Shown piece by piece: positions 27,664-35,908 of a stretch of 64,000 bases of DNA (within the stretch, counting starts at the first letter, position 1; each line of letters begins with the position of its first letter). This DNA comes from a virus: IMG/VR virus record IMGVR_UViG_3300020442_000006, positions 64,001-128,000 of that record; one strand, written 5' to 3'. Under the pieces are notes generated by a model. That model saw nothing but the letters and a program-made list of their open reading frames with translations, did not search any database and was not told the DNA's origin. The translations under genes and the position numbers were made by a program.

Positions 27664-27810
27664 TTAATGGTCGTGGTCATCAAATGGATCCTCAAGTCCC
27701 TCGTTAGCGAAGAACCCTTTGTAAACACCATAGATCACAAACAAGATCACGATAACCATAATGGAAATCGGGAATGTGATGTTGGGGTCTGCGTTGTAGT
27801 GGTGAATCAT
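27664..27810 (-). CDS. psbN: PsbN-like single-TM photosystem assembly protein (48 aa)
   Basis: Manual translation MIHHYNADPNITFPISIMVIVILFVIYGVYKGFFANEGLEDPFDDHDH; TM helix, YG.Y..F and L.DPFDDH terminus. Confidence 0.75.
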   Translation of the reverse strand: MIHHYNADPNITFPISIMVIVILFVIYGVYKGFFANEGLEDPFDDHDH

Positions 27811-28010
27811 AGCAAATAATGAATAGACTCGGTGTCAACCGCTCCTTGAACATTGGTCACGGATTGTTGGAATCCTTCTGCTCCTTCTTCGGTGAATGTA
27901 AACCGAATCTTTTCAATGTTTCCATCACTAACTTGTATGGACAGGGTGCGTTTCGGAAAATCGATCCAAACATAATCAACGTACAGGTGGTCTAGGTACT
28001 CGTCGGTCAT
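27807..28010 (-). CDS. Hypothetical protein (67 aa)
   Basis: ORF track; ATGA coupling. Confidence 0.7.
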   Translation of the reverse strand: MTDEYLDHLYVDYVWIDFPKRTLSIQVSDGNIEKIRFTFTEEGAEGFQQSVTNVQGAVDTESIHYLL

Positions 28011-28162
28011 TTGTATGTAGGGTAACAGTCAATCACTTGCAGACCATACATTGATGCTGCAGTTTGACGTGCTTCTTGTGCTGAGAAGACCTCATCAATG
28101 ATAACACGTTTGATAGGACCGTTGGGGCGACGAAGCAAAACTTCGTACTTCCTTGCAGGCAT
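28007..28162 (-). CDS. Small basic hypothetical protein (51 aa)
   Basis: Manual translation MPARKYEVLLRRPNGPIKRVIIDEVFSAQEARQTAASMYGLQVIDCYPTYK. Confidence 0.6.
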   Translation of the reverse strand: MPARKYEVLLRRPNGPIKRVIIDEVFSAQEARQTAASMYGLQVIDCYPTYK

Positions 28163-28192
28163 TGAAATCTTGTAACTGAATTTAGTATAGCA

Positions 28193-30655
28193 CTAATTCA
28201 GCATAATGGGTAGTCCTACGAACTGTGCTAGACCACCTGTGCAACCTGCTGTGAATACACCTGTTCCGACTGTATATGTAGCAACACCATTGGTGACAGT
28301 GTTTAGAATACCACCACCTGCTCCAGTAACGAATTCTCCGATACCACCTTTAGGAGTCTTAACAAGAGTCAAGTGACCACCTGCTGTACCAGAAACTAGA
28401 TCCACCATACCCCCAGGTTGTCCTGTACACTCAGCAATACGAACGTGTGCAGCAGGGAGAGCAGATGTACCACCACCTGATCCACAGATAGTAAGGTCAA
28501 GACCTTTGATCATTGTGCATCTACCTGTCAACCCAGGCATAGGGTTAAGTGCTCCGATATTCTGGAAGATAACGTTGTTAATAAATTCTGATTTCCACGC
28601 TGCCTCATTAATAATCTCACCAGAGACAGTGTTCATCAACGTTGCACACTTATGATTGATAGCAGATGCGTTGAGACTGATTTCATTGTGAGCATTCAAC
28701 TTAATGTTTGCTGCTTGAATCATATAGTCACCCTCATAAGCAACGTTATAGTCTGATGAGAATGTCTGTGCAGTTTTAGACTGCTTTGCACCTGATACAG
28801 GTTCACCATCGTCACCTGTCTCAACATTCTGTGAGAGGTGTGTATTCATTGCACCACCAACTTCAAGGTTGAGATCACCCATAACCTTCAGAGTGAAGTC
28901 ACCTTCAACAGTCAGTGTTTTATTCTTCTTGATAGTCTTACATTCATCTCTACCAATGATCTTTGTATCATTTCCAGGGACGTTTGTATGCTGATCACCA
29001 AGTGCAGTAGCGATTACAGTTTGACCACCTGCGTGCTGTACAATAGTTTTCTCTTTTCCTGGGGTGTTATCTTGAATAGTCTTTGCACCATTCAAGAATG
29101 TCTCTGCCTTAACAGCATAAACATCAATATCTTTCATCAAAGACTTGAAGTATTCTCCCTTTGATTTTGGTTTAGATCCACCTACACTACCCCCATCATA
29201 CAGAGTTACCTCCTGCATTAAGAATTCTGGTGCTGTTTCACAAGTTGATGTACCCAACAAGGGTAACCAGAATTTTTGTTTCGGTTGTTTTATCGATCGT
29301 CCACAATCTTTGTTGCCAAAGAGTGCTGCGATGATTCCCATAATAATAGAAACGACTGAAGCAAAGTCAAGTTTTGAGAAGTCAAACTCAAATAGAGTGT
29401 TCAATGAACCTTGAACTTTACGTGCAACACCTGCTGCTTTTTGAGCAACACCGATTGCTGATGTAATTGTATTAGCAACACTAGAAACTTTGCTGATACC
29501 GTTCTGAATCTTACCAAGAACACCGTTTACTGTATCAGTAACTTTTTCAGCGAAACCACCAACCACTTTGTCAACAACTTTCCCTGCAATATCATCGGCG
29601 AATCCCGATATATCACCCATCGCAGATTTAAGTTGTCCAAGAATAAATTTACCTTCGAAACTACAGAACAAATTGGTGATGAAATCAGCAAGTTTCGTAA
29701 TGGAACTAATAACACCTGTAGGGACGACGTTACTAATTGCACCAAGAATCGAACTCATCAGCGATTCGATCTGTTTCGCGAGCATTTGTTTTAGAGAACT
29801 CATAATGCCGCTCATAGCAGAAGAAACATAGTTCTTGATACCTGCCAGAGATTCATTCACGACATCGTTGAAAACCTTCTTACCAGTAATGAGTGAAGTT
29901 AGGTTACCATTTAGGTCTCTGCCTAAAGTTCCACTAAGTTGTCCAAACTCCGTCAACATTCTGTTAAGGTCTTTCTCAAAACCTTCTCCACTGGGACCGA
30001 CCACTCCATTTCCGATGCCTTGAACATCTGGAGGAACACCAGTAGGGTTCGTGTACACGTTTCCATTCGATTCCTGCTCAAGAATCGATAGAACACCATT
30101 GGATTTCTCTTCACCACCATTCTCATCCCCAGGTGTAACGCTTCCATCTACAACGAAACTGTTACCCTGATTGACAACCTGCCCTTTAATATCCTTGGCA
30201 GTTTCGGGCATCTCTTCTTCGGTGAGTGCCTCTGTGTTGTCAGCGATAGTGGTTGCCGAGACACCCTCGTCGCTTGTGGCAGAATCGTCACCTTGTTTAG
30301 GATCAGACATACCACGGAATCCACGAATAGATCCCATCACAACGGGGAGTTGTGCTTCTTCCCCGTCAAGGAAAAAACCTAATACCTGTGCACCAACTTG
30401 CAGTTCAGTCTTTGTACCAGTATTCTTGATACCTGCCTGATCAGTAGGCAGCATAACGACTGCCCAAGGAAGATCCTCTGTAGGAATTTGATCAAGATAT
30501 GACTGACCACCAGTACCTGTGTACCATCCAACAATCCTCACCTTGACTCTGCCAAGCATTTGAGGATCCTTGATCGATTCGACTTCACCTAACCACCAGG
30601 TGAACCCGTCACGACCCATTACGTCAGATTTTCCAATAGGTGCTACTGTTGCCAC
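28193..30655 (-). CDS. gp5: Baseplate central spike gp5-like protein; no recognisable T4-lysozyme domain
   Basis: N-terminal OB domain FTWW.GEVE...DP..LGRVKVRI.G...LPWA...VLGFFLDG; beta-helix repeats near the C-terminus; CTAAATA at 30683-30677. Confidence 0.85.
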   Translation of the reverse strand: MATVAPIGKSDVMGRDGFTWWLGEVESIKDPQMLGRVKVRIVGWYTGTGGQSYLDQIPTEDLPWAVVMLPTDQAGIKNTGTKTELQVGAQVLGFFLDGEEAQLPVVMGSIRGFRGMSDPKQGDDSATSDEGVSATTIADNTEALTEEEMPETAKDIKGQVVNQGNSFVVDGSVTPGDENGGEEKSNGVLSILEQESNGNVYTNPTGVPPDVQGIGNGVVGPSGEGFEKDLNRMLTEFGQLSGTLGRDLNGNLTSLITGKKVFNDVVNESLAGIKNYVSSAMSGIMSSLKQMLAKQIESLMSSILGAISNVVPTGVISSITKLADFITNLFCSFEGKFILGQLKSAMGDISGFADDIAGKVVDKVVGGFAEKVTDTVNGVLGKIQNGISKVSSVANTITSAIGVAQKAAGVARKVQGSLNTLFEFDFSKLDFASVVSIIMGIIAALFGNKDCGRSIKQPKQKFWLPLLGTSTCETAPEFLMQEVTLYDGGSVGGSKPKSKGEYFKSLMKDIDVYAVKAETFLNGAKTIQDNTPGKEKTIVQHAGGQTVIATALGDQHTNVPGNDTKIIGRDECKTIKKNKTLTVEGDFTLKVMGDLNLEVGGAMNTHLSQNVETGDDGEPVSGAKQSKTAQTFSSDYNVAYEGDYMIQAANIKLNAHNEISLNASAINHKCATLMNTVSGEIINEAAWKSEFINNVIFQNIGALNPMPGLTGRCTMIKGLDLTICGSGGGTSALPAAHVRIAECTGQPGGMVDLVSGTAGGHLTLVKTPKGGIGEFVTGAGGGILNTVTNGVATYTVGTGVFTAGCTGGLAQFVGLPIMLN

Positions 30656-30675
30656 GATTTAATATAGGTTTTTTA

Positions 30676-30834
30676 TTATTTAGCAAGTGACTCAACATAA
30701 TTGTTGAAACTGTCTGCCATACGGTGATAACCGCTGCCAATGTAGACCTGTCCTGCTACAACAGCAACAGAACAAAGTCCCCAAAAGATGTAATAAGGTG
30801 ATGATTTCACTTGATGCCAACGTTTCTTTTTCAT
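30676..30834 (-). CDS. Small membrane protein (52 aa)
   Basis: Manual translation MKKKRWHQVKSSPYYIFWGLCSVAVVAGQVYIGSGYHRMADSFNNYVESLAK. Confidence 0.65.
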   Translation of the reverse strand: MKKKRWHQVKSSPYYIFWGLCSVAVVAGQVYIGSGYHRMADSFNNYVESLAK

Positions 30835-30989
30835 TGTCTAGGATAATAAACTTCAACAAAAGAATTGCACTTAGGGCAACTCAAATTTGTGACCATAGAA
30901 TATTCTGAGGAGGTGACTGGATAGTCTTCTTCGTCAAGACTATGGTCTCCTCCCCAGATCAATTCAGTTTGGCAATGCCAACATTTCAT
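30831..30989 (-). CDS. Small zinc-ribbon protein (52 aa, CxxC...CxxC)
   Basis: Manual translation MKCWHCQTELIWGGDHSLDEEDYPVTSSEYSMVTNLSCPKCNSFVEVYYPRQ; ATGA coupling on both sides. Confidence 0.75.
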   Translation of the reverse strand: MKCWHCQTELIWGGDHSLDEEDYPVTSSEYSMVTNLSCPKCNSFVEVYYPRQ

Positions 30990-31675
30990 TTAATGTAATT
31001 GTTTTCGATTAACCACTTCTTTGTGAGAGGAGTGGGGTTGTAGTGTTCCCACATCGGAGTATCTGATGCACACACTTTAAGTGCGTCAGCAGTTAGATCC
31101 TCTGTGTGACCTGCCCAAAATGCTTCCTTTTCCCAAGGAATTGCTCCAGGGTTTTGAAAATACGTTCTCTCTGCCATATCCTGCCACATTTTAGGAACTC
31201 TGTCCTCTGGGTAGATAATAGCGAGAAGCGAATTCTCAAGGGTGCCTGCCATACAATCCTGAGCAGCGTGCCAACCTTCGTGTCTGACTACTGCCATAAA
31301 CACGTGAGGACGACTAACGTATGCTTCGTTGAGATAGAAGTTATTACTCACAGTGTGGTAAACACCTCTATGTCCAACAGGAAAATACTTTGGACTTGCA
31401 ATATAAACGTTTATTCCTAATTTGTCAAATGACCTTGAAATACTGTCGAATTCTTGTCTAACTACGTTGAAGTTTTGGTTAGAAAAAATCTTTTGAACAT
31501 CGTCCGTATTACGGACCCTTTTTACATCTTCAGTACACTCCTGTAGTAACATACAACCCATAGCATCATTTGTAAACCACCCTTTAGTAATTTTACCTTC
31601 AACGGGTTTTGGTAGTGAATGTGCTGCTACAGGTAAACTCAAACTCAACAATGTCGCCAATAGGACATTACGCAT
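30986..31675 (-). CDS. Exported HExxH metallopeptidase-like protein
   Basis: Signal-peptide-like N-terminus; VRHEGWH motif and downstream E (EKEA). Confidence 0.7.
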   Translation of the reverse strand: MRNVLLATLLSLSLPVAAHSLPKPVEGKITKGWFTNDAMGCMLLQECTEDVKRVRNTDDVQKIFSNQNFNVVRQEFDSISRSFDKLGINVYIASPKYFPVGHRGVYHTVSNNFYLNEAYVSRPHVFMAVVRHEGWHAAQDCMAGTLENSLLAIIYPEDRVPKMWQDMAERTYFQNPGAIPWEKEAFWAGHTEDLTADALKVCASDTPMWEHYNPTPLTKKWLIENNYIK

Positions 31676-32231
31676 ACGAAATCCATCCAGTTACAATAAG
31701 TTTCTTTTCATTGGGAGCAGGAACACCGTGATGAATATGAGTCCAATCAACTGGCCACAGCAATGTCAGTCCCTTTTCGGGTTGAATTGTGAGGTCTTGA
31801 TGCACCCATTGGGTCTCACCGCCTTCTTGCACTGTATTTAGGTAGGTCATCCAGACAAGATGTCTGAAAGATGTAGTCTTATTTGAACCCACTCTTTCGC
31901 AGTGGGGTTGTGAAAATGCTTGCCCTGGTTCATATTCTTGGATATTGAATGGTTCGATAACCTCCAAATCCGCCATTTTTGCCCAAGGATATTGATCAAC
32001 GTACAGTTGAATGCACGCTTGTACCTCATCCAAGTAATTTGTAATTCTCGGATCTTTAATCCAAGATGGCACAGACATATCCGTGGAGTTCTTAATGAGT
32101 GGATCGGTTCCACCACTATATTCGCCAGGGACTTTGGCAAGATAATCACAGGTATTGTAGAAATCTACTACACCGTCAATAATTTCTTCTTTTATTTTGC
32201 CACCCGCAATAAACGATTGTACTGCTGCCAT
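31668..32231 (-). CDS. 2OG-Fe(II) oxygenase (prolyl-4-hydroxylase-like)
   Basis: PHCE (HxE), TYLN...GGET, HIHHG, K.IVTGW. Confidence 0.85.
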   Translation of the reverse strand: MAAVQSFIAGGKIKEEIIDGVVDFYNTCDYLAKVPGEYSGGTDPLIKNSTDMSVPSWIKDPRITNYLDEVQACIQLYVDQYPWAKMADLEVIEPFNIQEYEPGQAFSQPHCERVGSNKTTSFRHLVWMTYLNTVQEGGETQWVHQDLTIQPEKGLTLLWPVDWTHIHHGVPAPNEKKLIVTGWISYA

Positions 32232-32247
32232 AATGATAGATGATAAA

Positions 32248-32475
32248 TTAGTCGTCGTAAACTAGACACTCAGGTTCAGATGGTTCTACTTCGCAGAACA
32301 GTTCTAGTGCAGTAGGATCGTGATGATCTCCTGCTTCGATCTCTGCTTTGTGGTTTTTGACGTAAGTTTCCAACTCGTGAAGTTCACCCTCAATATGACG
32401 ACGAGTCTGTGGACTTGTCTGTGGGTTATCGAGAATCTCTTTATCGTGTTGGATGTGTTGTTCTAGTGTTTGCAT
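32248..32475 (-). CDS. cp12: CP12 Calvin-cycle inhibitor (phage type)
   Basis: C-terminal LELFCEVEPSEPECLVYDD with a Cys pair. Confidence 0.9.
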   Translation of the reverse strand: MQTLEQHIQHDKEILDNPQTSPQTRRHIEGELHELETYVKNHKAEIEAGDHHDPTALELFCEVEPSEPECLVYDD

Positions 32476-32486
32476 TTGAATGTCTC

Positions 32487-33860
32487 CTATGAGGTTACAC
32501 TATCTTTAGATAGGTGTAAACGTGTGGTTAACCCAGTGGGACTATAATCGTGTATGAGTCCCGTGATAAGATACCGTCCTGAATAAATTGGATCCAATAC
32601 AGTTCTATCCTCTTCGTTTTTCGAAGCAGGTATTTTACATTCAATAACCATACCGACAGTTAATGATACATTACCTGGGATGGTTATGTCAAGTGTGATA
32701 GAGTTCAGCAACTGCCATCGTGAATACGAATATGCACTAGCAGCAACTGTATCTGTATCCATACTGCCTGCGGATGCGGATCCGTCCAAGGCGGTTTTTG
32801 CATCCTTCATCCCTGGCAAGGCACGAATCTTCGTACGAGTTGGTTTTTTCTCATCGAAGTATTCCTCCTTAATTTTAGGGAATGGGAATGCATCGTTAAG
32901 CGTTTCTGCTTCACTAAACACCTGTAACAGGGTTTGAGTCACAGGTTTTTTGATTGAACCAGATGGTCCATCAGATCCACTACCTGCTGAAGGTAGATTC
33001 CCTGAGGTAAGTGCAGGTGCTTTAACACCGATAACAGTATTTACATAAGCACCAGTCCTCATCTTTTCCAGATGGTTTCCCTGATCTGGATAGTTCATCG
33101 ATTCTATATTATAAGCGTTAAACTCAGAATCGCCAACATTTGCTTGTTCATATGTGAATTGCGGGATATTTCCCTCCACATTCATCAATTCTCCCTTGGT
33201 AAGGGTGTCTATTGTATTAAAATAGAACCCATTCTTGTTTTCAAAGAACATATACCCCGATTTTTTTGTTTCCGAAGAAACAATTTTGTCTGAGATATAC
33301 GCAATTACATCAAATGGTCTCCAAGAGGGAGATATAAAATTGAAGTTGCCTGTCGATGCCTCATACGAGTATTCTCGACCTGCAGACTTCAAATACTTTT
33401 CGACAACCTCTTTTACGTGATCTACACCAGTCTTATTTTTGAATGACTTAAAGACTCTGTTGGTTTCATTATTATATGCTTCTGGTGAAACAGTGTATAT
33501 CACATATGCTTGCATTCTCTCAGATTTGGTTACAGAACCAATCTTGAAAATACGTTGTCTGATTGACAGAGGTTGATCTGGAGCACTATCTGACTCCAAT
33601 TCGATTTGAATAAATTCATTACCAGTCAAATCAGAAATCAAGTCCATAGTATCTGCTATTGCGAGTTCCATCCTGAGAGAAGGAGACTGGAGAGATTCAA
33701 TATACTTAAATCCAGGGCAAATACCTCTAATATCGATCGGGTTACCATCCTCAGGTGCTATCTCCTCGATCGTTTCTGAAGGTTTATACTCATCACTCAT
33801 ATACAGATTGAACTGTTTGATCGTATAACCTTTCGCCTGATATGTGGATTCTTCTGCCAT
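32487..33860 (-). CDS. Baseplate hub protein (gp27-like)
   Basis: I.IPGN..LTVG..I and YSGRYLITGL.H motifs; synteny. Confidence 0.7.
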   Translation of the reverse strand: MAEESTYQAKGYTIKQFNLYMSDEYKPSETIEEIAPEDGNPIDIRGICPGFKYIESLQSPSLRMELAIADTMDLISDLTGNEFIQIELESDSAPDQPLSIRQRIFKIGSVTKSERMQAYVIYTVSPEAYNNETNRVFKSFKNKTGVDHVKEVVEKYLKSAGREYSYEASTGNFNFISPSWRPFDVIAYISDKIVSSETKKSGYMFFENKNGFYFNTIDTLTKGELMNVEGNIPQFTYEQANVGDSEFNAYNIESMNYPDQGNHLEKMRTGAYVNTVIGVKAPALTSGNLPSAGSGSDGPSGSIKKPVTQTLLQVFSEAETLNDAFPFPKIKEEYFDEKKPTRTKIRALPGMKDAKTALDGSASAGSMDTDTVAASAYSYSRWQLLNSITLDITIPGNVSLTVGMVIECKIPASKNEEDRTVLDPIYSGRYLITGLIHDYSPTGLTTRLHLSKDSVTS

Positions 33861-35908
33861 TAGAATAGATTACTCAAAGAACTAGATGCTTCAGCAACTC
33901 GACCAAATCTACTGGTGAGGAACTCAGCAGCAGGATTGGGATGTGTTTTCTGGTTAACTACAGTACCACCGCCACCTGCATTTGTTGCAGTTTTCTCTGT
34001 GGGTAATATGATAGCATCAGCAACTATAGTCTCTACTGCAGCATTTAGGTCATCACTCTTGACCTTTGTAGCAAGACTCTTAATATTGGTAACTGTCTTC
34101 TGGATAATTTTACCAGTTCGCTCTTTTAGAGCAGGGGGCATAATATCAACAACTTTATTGACGACACCACCAATATTTTCACTAGCAGATTCAATATGAG
34201 GTTTGATGAATTTCATCGCTGCTGCTGCGTGTGGCGGTAAAGTCGCATTTGCTGCTACAGATGAAATTTTATCTAAAAATCCACCAAATGAGTATCCTTT
34301 ATATTGACCATAATTTGTAGGGGGCAATGCAGGGGGTGATGTGAGAGATGATTTTGAACCACCGAAGTTAAATGGAACTACACCACCTTTTGAGAATTTT
34401 GGTACTTTATATCCTGCAGCAGACGCCTGTCTAATTCTTTGACTTGTAAGATTGGGATTTTTTCGCGTATGGGGGGTATCAAACGGTACCACAAATCCCC
34501 CAGAGGATCTTTGTGCCACATATTCAGTTCCGTGTCCGATAAAGGAAACCGACTTACCACCATCGAGTGATACTGGGTAACCTGATTGTGGTCCAGAGAT
34601 CCACCCACCTTTGGACTTCTCTGGTAGCACTGCGGTCTGTGGTCGAATCAGACCACCTTTTGACATCTCATCTGGATTGCCTGTATTGTCCCCTGTAGTG
34701 TCCGCTGCGTCCATCCTGTCTTGGACCCCAGGAATCATTTTGAGGAATCCAGTCAATCCTTCCAACATTTTGATCAATGGGAAGAATACGACCGTACCCA
34801 TCGTCTCAGCAAATGACATCAATCTAGGTAGATGTGGTTTTATCGCATCTACGATCATCTGCAATGGTGGACCCATTGCCTTGAAAAGTTCGTCTATCGC
34901 ATCTCTAAGTGGTTTGAACAATTTGTCCAAAAACTCCATCATAGTATCGAACATTTCCTTCATTGTATTGAAGAAATTGCCCACCATAGGTCCGAGGAAC
35001 TTACCTGCCTCTTTTCCTAGTAATCCACCAACAGCGTTACCAATCAATCCACCGATAGGACCTGCAATCTTGTTACCGATCATACCAAGTGCTATACCGC
35101 CACCTGCAGCACCTACACCTGCACCTCTCGCTGCTGCTACTCGATCTTCTTCAGCACCATCGTAGTTCTGCATCACATCTTGGTATGCCATATAACCTTG
35201 GGCACCCGCCATCGCCATCTGACCAAGGGCATTCCCGCCAAGGAATTTACCCAAATTCATAATACCTTTACCAACAGTGGTGATGATACCACTAAATGCT
35301 TTGATGGTTCCGATAGGATTCTTCAGGAACGCTATACCTGCTAATACAGCAATTCCTGCACCAAGCATTTTTGCTGCCGCTTTGAATCTAGTCCATCCAT
35401 CGCTATCTTCACCAAATAACTCACCAAATTTCTGTTTCCACCAATTTATCGTGTCTCCAATCCACTTGAAGAACCCACTTATCATCTCAAACCCTTTTAT
35501 TATCTTCTCTCGGTTCTCTTTCTTAGATAAGAAGTTCAGTGCACCAAAGATCAACAGATTCTTGAGGAATTTCCACAAGTAATCCATAAAACCCATAGCA
35601 GAACCAGTGGTGTTTCTGATTGCGCTATCTGCACTTACTTCTTCTGCCTCTATCGCTGCTTCTCTTTGTCTATCTGCTTGGAGGGCAGCAGCACGTCTCT
35701 GGTCCTCCATTATTCGTGCTTGTGCCTGCTGATTCTTCTTTAGAGCAATACCAATGCTGTTTACAGTTGCTCCTAGGGAATTAATTGCTTTAACTGTTGG
35801 GACGAAACCTGTGGTGGTAAATGTTTTTTTACCCACAGTCATCTGTGCACCATCCGCCTCTTTGGGTGGTGTTACATACTTATATAACCTGATACGATTT
35901 TCTGACAT
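33860..35908 (-). CDS. Tape-measure/baseplate-hub-like tail protein 2 (682 aa)
   Basis: Helical Gly/Ala-rich amphipathic segments, repeated xSxGG motifs; TAATG coupling. Confidence 0.65.
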   Translation of the reverse strand: MSENRIRLYKYVTPPKEADGAQMTVGKKTFTTTGFVPTVKAINSLGATVNSIGIALKKNQQAQARIMEDQRRAAALQADRQREAAIEAEEVSADSAIRNTTGSAMGFMDYLWKFLKNLLIFGALNFLSKKENREKIIKGFEMISGFFKWIGDTINWWKQKFGELFGEDSDGWTRFKAAAKMLGAGIAVLAGIAFLKNPIGTIKAFSGIITTVGKGIMNLGKFLGGNALGQMAMAGAQGYMAYQDVMQNYDGAEEDRVAAARGAGVGAAGGGIALGMIGNKIAGPIGGLIGNAVGGLLGKEAGKFLGPMVGNFFNTMKEMFDTMMEFLDKLFKPLRDAIDELFKAMGPPLQMIVDAIKPHLPRLMSFAETMGTVVFFPLIKMLEGLTGFLKMIPGVQDRMDAADTTGDNTGNPDEMSKGGLIRPQTAVLPEKSKGGWISGPQSGYPVSLDGGKSVSFIGHGTEYVAQRSSGGFVVPFDTPHTRKNPNLTSQRIRQASAAGYKVPKFSKGGVVPFNFGGSKSSLTSPPALPPTNYGQYKGYSFGGFLDKISSVAANATLPPHAAAAMKFIKPHIESASENIGGVVNKVVDIMPPALKERTGKIIQKTVTNIKSLATKVKSDDLNAAVETIVADAIILPTEKTATNAGGGGTVVNQKTHPNPAAEFLTSRFGRVAEASSSLSNLF

